Assembly (NCBI GenBank): GCA_051294375.1 | Contig: CM119263.1 | Coordinates: 19,682,115-19,746,114, forward strand | DNA length: 64,000 nucleotides | Direction of reading: 5' to 3' | DNA from: Paraspadella gotoi | Lineage: Eukaryota; Animalia; Chaetognatha | Shown here: piece by piece, positions 14,610 through 47,102 of the stretch | How the letters are laid out: each line of letters opens with the position of its first letter | How positions within the stretch are numbered: position 1 is the stretch's first letter | Program-made: the position numbers and the translations under genes | The notes under the pieces: model-generated | The model's input: the letters and a program-made list of their open reading frames with translations, nothing else | What the model was told of the DNA's origin: nothing | Databases searched by the model: none

Positions 14610-15530
14610 AGTAAAGGGATTAATTCCGAAGTCTGTGACAGCAATAATAATTTAGCAATTATCGGAAGGCGAAGCTCCGGGGGAAGTGATTAAAAAAGGG
14701 GGCGCCGCGGAAATGTGGGGACGAAGCCGACGGAGACGACGACGAAATGACGACGAAGAAGACGAGGAGACGATGCGAGCGACCGACGAGACGACTTAGA
14801 GGACGATAAAAAGGAGCTGATGGAGACGACGAGGGACGAATGTCGACCGACGGACGATGTATGAACTAAGAGCCAACGACGGCTTAGTGGATCGCGACAG
14901 ATGACGTGACGAAGACGAAGATGATGAGGAGATGATACTGACGATGCCGGACTTAGAGGAAATAAAAAGGAGGCCAATTGGAGAAGACGAGGAGGAAGAT
15001 GACAACAAAGTAAGGCTAAGCAGTGACAATTTCATAGTGTTTTTAAGGGGCTGAGAGGCGAGCACGATGACAAATATGGAGAAAACTGCGAGACGGGATG
15101 AAGCAACGATGATGACCGAAGTATGAAGAAAGGATAGCGCGCGTTAAGACAACGGCGACGACGAATACGACGAACGAGGCTTTGGCGACTATGACGTACG
15201 ACGAAAGCGGTTTATGGGATTCCGAGAATCCTGTGCTACTTGCGGGATTGGCGAGTAGTGCGCGTGAAAGTATTAGTTTTTCTTTCCCGGTACGAAGGCG
15301 AGATAATTATTTTACTGTAAAAAGTTATAAGATGGTTAAATTTATTAATAAATAAAGGGTTTTTTTATATGTTAGTTTTTTTTTTTTTGTTTTTGTTAAT
15401 AATAATTTTATTCGATTTTTGCTGGAATAAAATTAGTGTGATAGCGACGAAAATTTTAACCTAATTTTCGACCTAGTTTTAAATTAAATTTTTAAAGCGA
15501 TTTGTCGCTTGGTTGGAAATAAAAACATGG

Positions 15531-15962
15531 TTGAGCAGGGCAGGGGCGGCGAGAGAAATGGGCGTAGTTTTGTAGTTTTTTTAAAATGACCTTTCTGATT
15601 CAAATGAGTCTTATTTCAAGTGTAATATGATTAGAAAATACCGTAGAGTAAGGAAATAAAAGAAAAGTGGTTATAATGAAGACATTTGCTTCGAAATAAA
15701 TTTTTCAACGTTATAAATTTATTTTCTCATGTGTAGTAAAATGTTTATGTGATATAATATAGCTTAATACTAAATCAAATGATGGCATATCATATCTGAA
15801 TATTTTAGTAATATATAAAAAATATTATCATAATATGATAAATGATTGTTTTTGTGAAGTTGTCATAAAAATTGAGAAAGGCCATATTTTCGCTTACATC
15901 CTTTTCATTTGAACCTGCACACCTGTGTTTTTAATCCCATTTTAGCGCGAACAATCCGCTCA
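15531..15962. mobile_element. About 430-bp AT-rich MITE-like segment with imperfect terminal inverted repeats
   Basis: Left end tgagc...aaatggg, right end cccatttt...gctca. The clean copy reads catggctcattcgaat at 28651-28666. Confidence 0.55.
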
Positions 15963-17462
15963 TTCGAATTTCAAACAAAAAAGCCAATTTTTCAGATATA
16001 GCATTTTTTCCAACGAATTGCGTAATATTAAGGGGTTAAAAGTTGGGCAAAAGTTTTTTGGCGGAAGCACTTTAAAACTCTTGCCCTTTCGCGGCAAACG
16101 ACAATGGGGCGCAGACTTCTAGGCAACGACAACTCTCACATGGCAGTTAATTCTCATTTCGATGTAGCATTCTATTGCTCTCCTCGAATGCGCGGCGACG
16201 GACGACGGCGACGAATGAGACGCGATGAGTGGAGGGGCCGTCGATGTCAATCGATAAGGCGGGGCAGCGAGGACGAAAGATGAAGTGAAGATGAATGACG
16301 ACGAGGAATAGAAAAGATGAAGATGATGAACGACGAGGATGAATGATGAAGATGATGACGAAGATGGACTTTTAAAAAGGCGAACAAGAAAATACGTAGA
16401 CAATCGGCAGAAGTCTTAGCTAAAAAAAATCTTTATTCTCCAAACGTAAATAAGATGCCCCGCCCCCCCCAAAAAGAGTCAACAGCAGCCAACAAGCAAT
16501 GCATAGAACCATTAACTCATGCGAGGCAGGAACCTTGCGCGAAAAGTGACCTATTTGAACTTCCTTATGGCAGGCGGCTTCCTCAACTCTCTCTCCCCTT
16601 TTTGGTCGTTGGCGTTCCATTGAAATGAACACGAAATTATTCCGCCGCTTCATTAACGTCTACTAGCACCTTCTCTCTCACTCTCTCTCCTCTCGTCTCA
16701 TCTCCTTCTCTCTCTCTCTGCTCGTCTCTCTCCTCTTCGAATCATCATCTCTTCATTTTCTCATCTCTCCTCTCTCAATTCTCTCTCTCAAAATGCAAAT
16801 GGAACCCTCTCTCCGTGAATTTGCGTCGCAGATGAAGTTTTGAATTATTGATTTTTTTTCCGCTTCCACGGCGTTCGTAAAGGAATTTTTTTTTTCTTCG
16901 CCAGCGAAAATTCAATTCAATCAATGCGACGAACTAAAATTAACTTTTCGAATAAAACAATGAGGGCGAGCAGAAATTCCGTTCGTCTTCGTTGTTTTAG
17001 ATTTCCCTTTTCATGTCGGATATTCAGACGCGATTTAATTTGTGTGTGTTTTTTTTAAAAAATTATTCGTGGAAAAAAGTTTTCGAGTGTGAGAGACTGA
17101 GAAGTGAAGAGGAGAGGCTGACTCTTTGGGAAGAGATACGTCCGTCTCCTCATATCCCCCCCCCATTCCTGCCTCTTCCTCTTCCTCTCCTGTCCCCAAC
17201 GAGGCTTGACCCTCGCTACGAAAAGAGGCCTCCTCGTGCGTCGTCGTCGTCTTCCCCAACAGGCGACGACTCCCCCGCGATCTTCGGTCTGCCGTCCTTC
17301 GTACGCGCCGCTCGGCTCAAGTGGATCGCAAGTCGGCCCGTCTACAGTTGGATTCGACGCATTCAGCGGTGGGCGATGCATGTGGGGCGCCGAGCGAACC
17401 GGGTTACGGTGAGTCGTTATTGTTGTCGTTGACGAACGTCGTCGTCTTCTTTGTCTTAGGCT

Positions 17463-17500
17463 AATTATTATTATTATTACTATTATTATTATTATTATTA

Positions 17501-17567
<67 letters not shown>

Positions 17568-17580
17568 TATTATTATTATC
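17463..17580. repeat. (ATT)n microsatellite
   Basis: About 115 bp here versus about 35 bp at the homologous position near 30000. Confidence 0.9.
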
Positions 17581-20500
17581 CATTATTTACAGCTTTTTCG
17601 ACAAGATCGTCAGTACGACTTTACACGGACAATCAGTTAATCTCTAATATAACGACTATTAAATAAATGAAATTTTTTTTTAATACGCAAAAAACAAATG
17701 AAAATGTTATTTTATTTAAAAAAAAAAACAACAGCTTAAAAGACTGGAATGGTATCGGTAACTGTGAGGTCAATTCAACTTTTTCACTGAAGAGGAAATG
17801 TTGCTGCAGCTGCGGATCCAAATGAAATATCAAAGCTTCACAAAATATGAATAATAACTCTAAAATCTTACGCCTCTTTTATTAACAGTAGATTAAAGTG
17901 AAATATTTGGAAGATTATAAAATGAGAATTGCAAGTAACGCTGCTTAATGCATAATTAGATTTTAATTAGTCGATGGAGCGTATCTATTTCTTGCAGCCT
18001 CTTTCCCTGGAGGCGGGCGTAGAATCTTCCGTCGACAAACCTACGGTCGGAGAAGCTTCCCTACGGCGGAGAAAAGCTCTTCTCCCAGCTCCGACGTCCT
18101 GGCTGTGGCGCCTGTGGGGTTGGACCTTGGGGTGGACGGTCTCGACTGAAGGGGCGGGGGCGAAAGGAGGGTGGCGAGCTTCCGTTGGTCCTCGAGGCAA
18201 CCCCACGGGTAAACGGCTCCGCCATTGCTTTCTTTCGCAACGATTTCACTTTTGGACGGGGGTGTTGCGCGCTAGAGGGAGATTTGGAGGCAGATATGCG
18301 CGGTAAGAGAGAGAAGAGAGAGAGATGAGAGAGTAGAGAGAGAGAGAGAGAGAGAGAGAAGAGAGAGAGAGAAGAGAGAGAGAGTAGAGAGAATTCTCAC
18401 CTAAGACACTTTTCCTCTTGCTTTCCAGGTCCCGTTCGTGGGGTTCGGCTTTCCCCATGGAGCTGCCCTTCGGGGCAAACGTCCCTCGCGATGGCCGTCG
18501 TCGTCGTTGCGGTCGTGGTCGGAGTCGAAGTCGTGGTCGTGGAGGTCGCCGTCGCTGCTCAAGCGTCGCGGTGGTACGAGCCTCTTCCTGGTGGCGGGAA
18601 AAGTCGGGAGGGCCCCGCTTATATGCGGATGGAAGAGGGACAGGACAGTTTTCTTGAGACGCTGTGTAAGGATCATTTGTTGAATTTTTTTGGTTGTTGT
18701 CGTTTTTGTTTTTGTTCTATTCATAATTATCTGATGTTTCTGTTACTTTGTTGTTTATTTTATTTATGTCAGTTTTACATTGATTTTAAGCATTGCTATC
18801 AAATCATTATTCATGTGGTCACCCTTTAATCTATTTCCTTACGGCTTCACAGCGCCTCCCCCCTATCAGAACAGCCCTGCCTGCCTCACCGGTGACCGTC
18901 AACCGCTATGCCCGCCGCCGGATTCATGATCATCGCCTGGCTCCAGTTCGGCTAGGAAGCCTCGACTTCGAGTTTCCAACGTCTCGGCCGCCATAAGGCG
19001 TGGCGGCTCTAAGCGTCAGTCCGCGAAGATGGCTAGCGCCAATCTCGTGGCGAAATTCAAAACTAACGATCGAGTTTGGAAACGTTGACGAGAAAAGAAC
19101 AATAAGGCGCGCGGAGTATGGTGTAGAAAATAAAATAATTTATATTATTATATATTATTAATATATTAATTTCCATGAAGACAACACTAGACTTCCGCGC
19201 TTCAAATTGAATTATTAGTATAATAAAACATTTTTAAAAATAAGAAAGGTACAATATGTTATGTGTTTAAATAAGCATAGATTAAAATACTGTAAAATCC
19301 TATTCATCAAATATAAAAAAAATAGAAAATAGTGAAACAAGTATTTGGCAAATTTTCTTAAATTTAAATTTAAACAAATATATTTTGTCGCCTTAGAAAT
19401 GTACTAAAATGAATCTATAACTAAATGAATTAGCTAACAAGAAAGCCGATTATTTAAAAATTTTATATCATATAAATCTATTAATTTTTAATTAAAAAAG
19501 GAAATGAAAACCGCAACTTAAATCTTCCACGAGAGCAAGATGATAATATGGCCTTCCCGAATATAAGGTTATTTCGTGGCAAGTGAGGTTGGGCGCCCGA
19601 CGCACGTGGCCAATGTATCGTGCGATGGGAATCCTTGTGGAGCACGGACCGAGAGAAAACCGCAATGAGATCAAGGACGAACCCGGGAGAAAGGGAAATG
19701 AATTGACGAAGGTCGCGAGATGTAGCTAGAAATAAAGCTAATATCCATAAATATCAATATTATTCGTTATCTTTTTTCTCTTTGTACTTCCGAGGGCGGT
19801 GGAGGGCAAAAGAGGAACGAAGGGAAAGAAAAAGAAAAAAAAATTAAGAAAAGGAAAACGGAGAGAAGGAAAGAACAACTTGGGGGAAACCGCCGCCGCG
19901 AAGAGACTAAATATGCGCTATGTACTATGTAATTTTTTACAATGTTATTTTAACAACCTGAGAATTAACGCAACGAAACGAAAATCTTCGCCTTAAATAA
20001 TCCCTGAAAAAAAAAAGCACAACTTCGTTTCATGTCCTTCGCTTCGATGATTTTTTTTTTCTTTCGGTCGGTTGTTAAAATTAATAACCGAACGAAGAAA
20101 TGAGGGATGAGCAAAAACGACCTTTTATGAAAAAAAATATGGCGGGAAATTGCGTCGCAGTCGTTTTCAACGACGTCGCTAACGCCGCCTCAGCCGCCGC
20201 CTCAGCCGCCGCCGCCGCCGCCTGCCGCCACCGCCGCCGCCGCCGCCTGCCGCCACCGCCGCCGCCGCGTTGTATGTAGAGTGTGACACTGTGATGATGC
20301 ATTCACGAGGCGTTGCTATAGTTGAATAATAACGCATCTTAGTTACCACGGCGATAAAACAACAGAAGAAACATCCGAAATTAATGAGAGAAAAGTCTTT
20401 GTCGTAATTTATCGAAATTTCCCGCGCAAATCACTAATTTTCATCGTCGTCCCATCGGGGAGCCGTCCTTACCCAACAGGCCGCCTCACCAACGAATCTG

Positions 20501-21252
20501 TCTCACCTCCCGTTCCCTTTCTCCCTTCCCCGCCCCTCCGCCCCTCCGCCTCGCCCCCACCTTCCGTCCCTCATCCATAACTCAAGCCTCTCCTCAGAGG
20601 CCGCTGGGTCTTCTCCCCCGCCATCTCCTTCCAATATCGCAAATTTAGGTGGGTCCCGCGAAAACACTTTGTCTCCTCTCCGAGGGGGGGCGTTCAAGAG
20701 GGGGGGGGCTGGAACGATTGGGAGGACGGAGAGAAAGCCGAGCTTGGTATTTATGAAAAGAGGAAGGAAGGGCGGCGGATGGGGGGTGGATATATCGAGA
20801 GATAAGTAGCGAGTGGGGGGAGGGAGTGGGGGGAGGGACGAGGAATATGGCGCCCCCTCGATCTCGGGGAAACCGGCGAAAAGGAAGAATAACGACGTCG
20901 CAGCGGGAATCCTGTTGCGCCATGAAAGACGCGCCATAGTTTCTTTTCTTCGGTGCCATCTCGTGGCTCCAGCGAAAGACGTTCCGTGGTATATTTTTCA
21001 TGAAGGAAAGAGGGCGCGTTTTTTTTTGGGGGGGGGCGAAATCGGGAGCTCAAACCTTTCGGCGTGCGGCGTCGGGAAATCGTATCGTCGTCATCGGGCG
21101 CTACCAGTGCCACCTGGTGCACCATTTGCTGTTTTTGGTTTTTAACCAAAACCCGAGGAGAAACTTTTTTTTTTCTGGGTGGAATTATGGAGAATTTATG
21201 AGATTGCGTACCAACTTGCTTTTCGACGAGAACAATAAAAGAGAAACGAGGA

Positions 21253-21289
<37 letters not shown>

Positions 21290-22835
21290 TCGTTGAAAAA
21301 CTGAAGACATCGTAACCTTTATGGACGATAAATAAAAAAGAATAAGAAGCGAACGAGTTGGAAGGAATAAAAATAAATATTAAAGCTCCGAAAAGAAAGG
21401 AAGAATAGATATTAACGTCTTAAAAAATGGTCATCTCCATTCTCGGCGAGAAGAGCGTTTATTGGCGGAAGAAAGTCTCGACGAATGACAGCGTCGCCAT
21501 TTTCTTTTTTATTTCTTTTTATGGTTGACGAAGTATGAAGCGAACGAACCTTCAGTTATTATCAGTCTTTCGGAGACCCAGTTTCTCGAGGCGAACGATT
21601 AGAAAAAGAAAAAAAGAGAAATTAGAAGAAAAAAAAGACAATGATGATGATGATGATGATGATGAGGAGGAGGAGGAGGAGGAGGAGGAGGATAAACAAA
21701 AGTAATTTCGCGTTCTCGTCTCGAACCCTAACGTTGCAGCAATAAACCGAGGAGTCTGCAATAGCGAACGTGGCAGTAATGACTATCTAGGTTGGCATGG
21801 TAACCTTGGCGTCGTTGACTCTCGTTGCAGCGTCGGTTAACGTGACAACAATGGCTAATGTTTCTAATTAGTCCGAGTTTTTTCTCTCACATCTTCTATC
21901 TGTTTACCCTCTCTGTGCCCGTGGAATGCGTTTCTTGTTTCTTCTCTCTCTTCCTCTCTCTCAATATCTCTCTCCTATCTCTCTCTCTCATCTCTCTCTT
22001 CCTCTCTCCTCTCTCTCTCTCTCTCTCCTCGTCTCTCTTCCTCCCGCGTCCGTAGTGCTGATCTCTCATGCTGATCTCCATCTTCGACTCGTGTCTCTCC
22101 TCTTATCACAGTCCTCTCTCTCTCTCTCTCCCTCAACCCGTCAAATGCCTTATGGGAGGTCATTTGTAGTTGTGAAAGCCTTTTCTCATTTTCCTTGAAC
22201 TCTCCTTCTAATCTTGGATGGCGCTTTTCGACCTAAGACTTCTCTCTCAACTCTCTCTCTGAGTATATGACTCCTCTCTCTCGACCTAGACTCTCTCTCT
22301 TCTCTCTCTCTCTTCTCTCCTCTTCTCGTTAGTCCTCTCTTCGTCTCTCTCTTCTCATCTGTTTCGAGCTCCCTCTCTCTTTAGTTTGCTTTCTTTTTTC
22401 TATTATATTGTTTACATTGTTGTTATGTCCTTTCCCCGTCTTCTAATTTGTTTCTAAAGATTCCAGAGGCTCCATAGTTTTAAAAAAACAAAAGTTTATC
22501 CGATACGTCACTATATCCTTATTGTTTACCATTCTATTCACTTCCTCGCAGCTCTGAAATGAAATAGTAGCATGTATTCCATTCTTAATTCCATAATCCT
22601 GACTCTAAAACCTGTCCCTTCTGTGCCAACAAGCACACAACAAGAACAACTACAAAAATCCCCCATCTTTCTACCGGAAATTAAAAAAAAATATATATAC
22701 CCAAGGATTACGCCTTCTCCTCCTCCTCCTCCTCCTTTTCCTACCCCCTCTAAGCCTCCCTCGCCAACGCTAATCGCTTACCGCGATATGCAAATGACTT
22801 TGAGACGCCGTCTTGCTCCCCCACCCCTTTTCCAG

Positions 22836-41991
<19,156 letters not shown>

Positions 41992-42482
41992 GTGGGTGAC
42001 GAAAGGGTTGGGTTGGTGGGAGGAGGGGTGGAAATGAAGGTGGTGGAAGTCGAGAGTCATAGTGGAAGACTGGAAGTGGATCGAAGTTACTTTTAAGGTT
42101 ATGGTATGCCGCAATTGGAAGGTTATAACAGCCCGAGTTCTAACCTGCGAACAGAAAACTGAAAATTGAAATTATTGTAAATTTAAAAAGAAAATTAAAC
42201 GCGCGTTTAAAAAAAAAGATCTCAACATTTTGAGGAAAAAAAAAGAACGGAAGAAAAAAGGGGAAAAAAAGGAAAAAAAAGAAAAAAAGGGAAAAAAAAT
42301 TTAAAAAAAATTAAAAAAAGAAAAAAAGGGACAAAAAAGAAAAGAAATAAAGAAAAAAAAATTAAAAAATTTAAAAAAGGAAAAAAAAAGAGAAGAAAGA
42401 AAAAAAAGAAAAGAAAAAAGAAAAGAAAGAAAAAAAAAGAAAAGAAAAAAAGAAAAGGGGTCCCAAAAATGTTTTGTTTCAG

Positions 42483-42520
42483 GTTTGTTGTCTTACGGAC
42501 GCGACTGTCGATGCGGTTGA
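42483..42520 (+). CDS. Candidate short terminal exon of block A (GLLSYGRDCRCG-stop)
   Basis: gttttgtttcag acceptor, phase-1 compatible, TGA at 42518-42520, AATAAA at 42540-42545. Short, no homology support. Confidence 0.3.
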
Positions 42521-44520
42521 CCTCCTTTTCGACCAACAAAATAAAACAAAACCAAAAATATCACAAGATTTTATGGCCAGATACGAAAAACAGTGAAAAG
42601 TGTTAGGAATGTCACTTTTAATAGCTGGTCGTTCATAGTATGAATTTTTTTTTTTTTATTTTGACGCTGTAACTAAAATTGAACCAAAATAATAGAGATA
42701 GATTCGAGTTGTTTTTGCGTATAGAAAAAATTTAGAAAAAATACGAATGATTGTTTAATATTTTTGCTAACATCTCAGGCTTGTTGAATGCGTTTTTATC
42801 ATTTCATTACTTTATTACTTCATTAATATCATGTTACCGCTTTTATAAGCGAATTTTCCGTTAGCTTTTTTTTTTTACGTAACCCGCTTTTTGTTACTCG
42901 CCCGCATTTAAATTTTAACATGTCATCGTTATGTTTTGATACCAAACGCATGTTTATGTTTTTACCCCCGTTTGTACTGACCCTAAGTCTTTGTTTGCTA
43001 GTGCAGCGCGCAAGATGGACGATTAGTTGTATTATTTTCAAATAAGTTTATAGCGACAGTTGCTCCAGTCCTCTCAGATAATAAAGATTAACTTGTCAAC
43101 CGCTTTCACCCCCGCCTCCTCGGCGTCGGCTGCGTGGGCTGCGGCGGCGACTGCGGCGGCGTCCGCCTCCAATCCAAACTTTTCTGTGTCACAACATCCG
43201 TTTTCCCAACAGAATCTGGACCGCAACGAGCGGCACAACTAAATCACTGCCAGCGCCCATGAGATTCGCGGTTTCAGAGCCAAAGCTTTCCGCCGAACCC
43301 AAACCCAAACCCTTTTCCATCTCTCCATTCCTCAAAGACATTTCCTCTCCTCACACTCCTTACCCAACGTCCTCACCTGAAAAGTCCAGTTGTTGTCACC
43401 ATTGTACCAACTTACTCATTATGCTTTTCCATGTATGTTACGTTTTCATTGACAGCAACTCCCAAACACTTTTCTTCCTCCTCTCTTACGTACTGGTCTT
43501 TCACCCTGCATCTTATTTTTATCTTCCTTTGTTCTTCCTTCCTATCTTCCCATCCTTCCCTTCTCCCTACTTCTTCCCCATTCTCCTCCTCCCTCCGTTT
43601 TCGCTCTTCTCCACTCTCCACCTTCTACTTTCTAGTTCCTTTTTACTTTCTTTCTCCTCCCTCTTTTTTCTTTTCTCCCTCTCCGATTCTTCCTCCCCTT
43701 TCTCCCTCATCCTCCATGACCTCTTCTCTTTCCTCCCACTCCTCTTCTCCTCCTTCTTCATCCCCTTTCTCTCCCTCCCCACTTTTCTTTCCTCCTCTAC
43801 CTTCCCCCTTTCCTCCTCTTTTTTCTCCCACCTCCTCCCCCCTCTTTCTTCTCCCTCCGGTCTCATCACCAATTCCAAGTGAAATCGTATTTTTTCTCTT
43901 CTCGACTTTCGAAGTCAAACGTTTCCTTTTGGCTTCGATTCTTCGACGTCGTCCCACCGTTTTATTGCTCTTTTTTTCCCTTCATCTTTTGTTGATTTTA
44001 TTTTCTTATTTTTATTTTTGAATTCTTTTTAAAATTTTTTCCCTATTTTTTCCTTCATTTTCTTATTTTTCTAAAATTCTTTCTTTTAATTTCCTCGTTC
44101 TAGTTCTTTTATTATTCCATCTTGCTTGGAAACTGTGTTAGCTGCTTTATATTCCCTCCAGTAAAAAAAAAAAAGCAAACAGCTCCAGTCAACCAATTTT
44201 CCTTCTCTTCAACTCTTAATAGACTTCTCTTTCCCCCCCCCCAATTCTCTTTTCTTTCTTTCCACCAAATTTTCTTTTCTTTCTTCCCACCAAATTCTCT
44301 TTTTCTTTTGTCTCAAGTCACATCAACTTTTCCGTCAACTTGAATTCTTTTGACTCCGCAGGAGATTAATAGGAAAGAATTCGATTTTTCTTTCTTTCTT
44401 TTCGGGTTTTTTTTTAATTTTCCTTTTTTTACTTTCCTTTTTTATTTTCCTTTGTTTTCTCTTTTTTTTTAAACTTTTTTCTTTCTTTTCTTTCTTTTTT
44501 ATTTTCCTTATTTTCCTTTT

Positions 44521-44522
44521 TT

Positions 44523-44608
<86 letters not shown>
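44521..44608. repeat. (TTTC)n microsatellite
   Basis: Perfect tetranucleotide run. Confidence 0.95.
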
Positions 44609-44609
<1 letters not shown>

Positions 44610-44733
44610 CTCCTTTCTCCGTTCACACGGCCATTTGCGGTTCTCTGACACTTCCATTGACGGAGAGAGCCGAGAAAAGGCTTTGTCCAGAATTAGCCTC
44701 ATTCTCGCTTTAGCTAAACGCGTCCTTCGTCGC

Positions 44734-44803
44734 TCAGCCAATGAGAAGTGAGCTAGTTTCAGCCAATAGGAGGAGAGGTGGAGAGGCAGGTGATGCGGGG
44801 CGT
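44734..44803 (+). promoter_or_regulatory. Putative promoter signature: tandem CCAAT boxes plus a GC box
   Basis: cagccaatgag (CCAAT 44738) and cagccaatagg (CCAAT 44763), 25 bp apart, then gcggggcgt at 44795-44803. Confidence 0.3.
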
Positions 44804-46202
44804 AAAATCCTTGTCCACCCAGTGGTCATTTTTTTTTTCAACTGAAGGGTGCTGGAGCAGAAAACCCAGGTTATATTTTATTCATGAGTCGTAATAAGAG
44901 GAGCCGGCTTAATCCAGACCCTCTTGCGCGCTGACTAAAGAATAGATACGTTACCCAACCATAAAAATATTGTATATGCCAACATCCTATTCAGTTCATT
45001 TTATTCGTTGAAACTGTTATTTCCTGTTGCTTGAAATACGCAAGCGTATTTTGATAGTAAACCTTGATTCTTGCATATTAAAATGCTTGCTTCCATGTTT
45101 TTTGCCGTTTTGTCCTGTACAATGACCTCGAAATAAATCACTTCTAACTTTTTCCGTTCTACTAATTTCTGCGAAAAATGCTTTTTGCTCATTAATCGCA
45201 TGAAGAAACTCATATCTTTAGTTCGTTTTATTAAGTAATAATAATGTCATTAATGATTCTCCCGTTTGAAAAAAAAAAATTACACCCAAAAAATAGATGA
45301 AAAAAAAAGATTTTTTTTTTTAATTTGGAGGATTTTTTAAGAAAAAAAAAGTTGGAATGAGACGTCAAACTTTGAGCTAAAAAGCTTTTGACAAAATTTG
45401 ACGAATATTGGAAAATTTGGGTGGGCGGCGTCGCGACTGGGAACGGGTGAGGAAATTCGTTTAGCCTCGATCCGCGACGATGGGAGCGAGACAGTAGTAC
45501 CCCAAAATTTAATTTATAGACTAATAATTACTAAATTACGTAGATGGGGAAAATACTGTTAGATGAAGAAAAGACTAACGGTTTATGGCGAATTGATAAT
45601 AGTCTTTTTAAATTATTGTTAAAAAATGTTTAATGGAAAAAAAGAAAGAAAGAAAGAAAGAAAGAAAGAAAAAAATAAACAAACAAACAAAGCTCGTAAT
45701 TGCTTTGCATAAAAAATAAATAAAATAAAAATAAACTAGGAAAACATAGCATTCGGTTAGATATCTCAGTTATTCTAAATTTTGAGATGAAGATGAAAAA
45801 CGAAAAGATAATGAGGATCTCATCTATTTCCGAGAGTTTGACTTTCTTTTTCCTCTTGTTCTTTCTCTTATTCATTTTACGGTCTTGATTTCTTGATTTC
45901 TTGATTTCTTGCCTTTCGCTTTCTCGATTCGCTGCGAAGACTCGATTCATTTTTCTTTCAATGAAATTCATCCCTTTTTATATTTTTCTTCAATTTTATT
46001 TTTGGATACATTGTTTATGGGTTTTTGTTCTTTCTTTCCATAGTTTAATCTCATTCAAATATTTACTCTCGCCGTCGTTTGTTCCGTTACAATTTCGAAA
46101 CCGTTTCTCCACATTCTTCCTGTGTCACTCAAATCCCCACCTTTGCCCAAATTGCTCGTACCTTACATCTCTCTCTCTCTCCTCTCTATCTCTCTCTTTC
46201 GA

Positions 46203-46247
<45 letters not shown>

Positions 46248-47046
46248 CCCGGCAGTCAAGGCTCCTATCTTTCCGGTCTCTTTAATCCCCGCCTTTATTC
46301 CTTCTTGTTCCTTGACTTTATGTCTTTTACTTTCCTTTTTTCTTTTTCTTTCCTTTTTACTTTTTTTTTCGTGAGAATCATTTAAGAATCAACCATCAAC
46401 GGCGAAGTTCCTCGCCTGATATTCCAAGGCCTTTCTTCCCTCCCCTTCTCCTTTATTTTTCACTGCTTTTTCGCCCTATTCCTTCCCTTTTATTTTCCCT
46501 TCCATTTTTATCTTATTCCTCTACTCTCAGCCTCTAAACCTGAACCCGGAAGTTCGTACATCCGGGTTTCTGAAAATTTTAGTTCTAATCTACCGAGGTC
46601 GACACTCGCCCATTTTTCCGGTCCGTTCGTCCCTTATTTTCCAGCGAGTCGATTCAATTATATCGAGCCGTCGATTTTTATAATCAGTCCGCATGTCCGT
46701 TCCGTATTTCCATGTGATCCTTGTGCTCTGCGGTCAAACTGTTTCAACGTAATCCGGGCAGAGGAGACTCGGTTTCGACGTCTCCGACCGATGCACCCAA
46801 CCCGTCCTTCGATCCGTCCGTCCCATCTTTCGCGCCTATCGGTGGCGACATCTGTCCGCACGTCTGCCCGTCCGTCTAAGGCGCCGATCAGATTGTCCGT
46901 CCCCTCTCTCCCCTCCCTTTCCGCTCTCTTCTTCCAACGCCACGATCACGTGTCACGTCCGATGTGATTTTTCGCCCGACGTAACCGCATAAATAATTCA
47001 TGCGACTACTTTTGCTCTCTTTTTTTTTGAACTGCATCTATCTCTC

Positions 47047-47102
<56 letters not shown>

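Larger units (their letters stand above)
11555..19770 (+). pseudogene. Indel-riddled direct copy of 25635-32012 including block A exons 4-8; most likely an uncorrected long read of the other haplotype rather than a true pseudogene
   Basis: Colinear from aaagctcgacaaaaagaaaggg to atccataaatatca...tattcgttat. Differences are mostly single-base insertions that frameshift every exon. Confidence 0.8.

Noticed and set aside
21797-21871. Possible signal-peptide exon for block A (MVTLASLTLVAAS...)
   Set aside because: No phase-1 GT donor at a suitable position and a stop soon after; cannot be linked to 22836.
43259-44021. Long hydrophobic ORFs (196-207 aa)
   Set aside because: Products of a polypyrimidine low-complexity tract.
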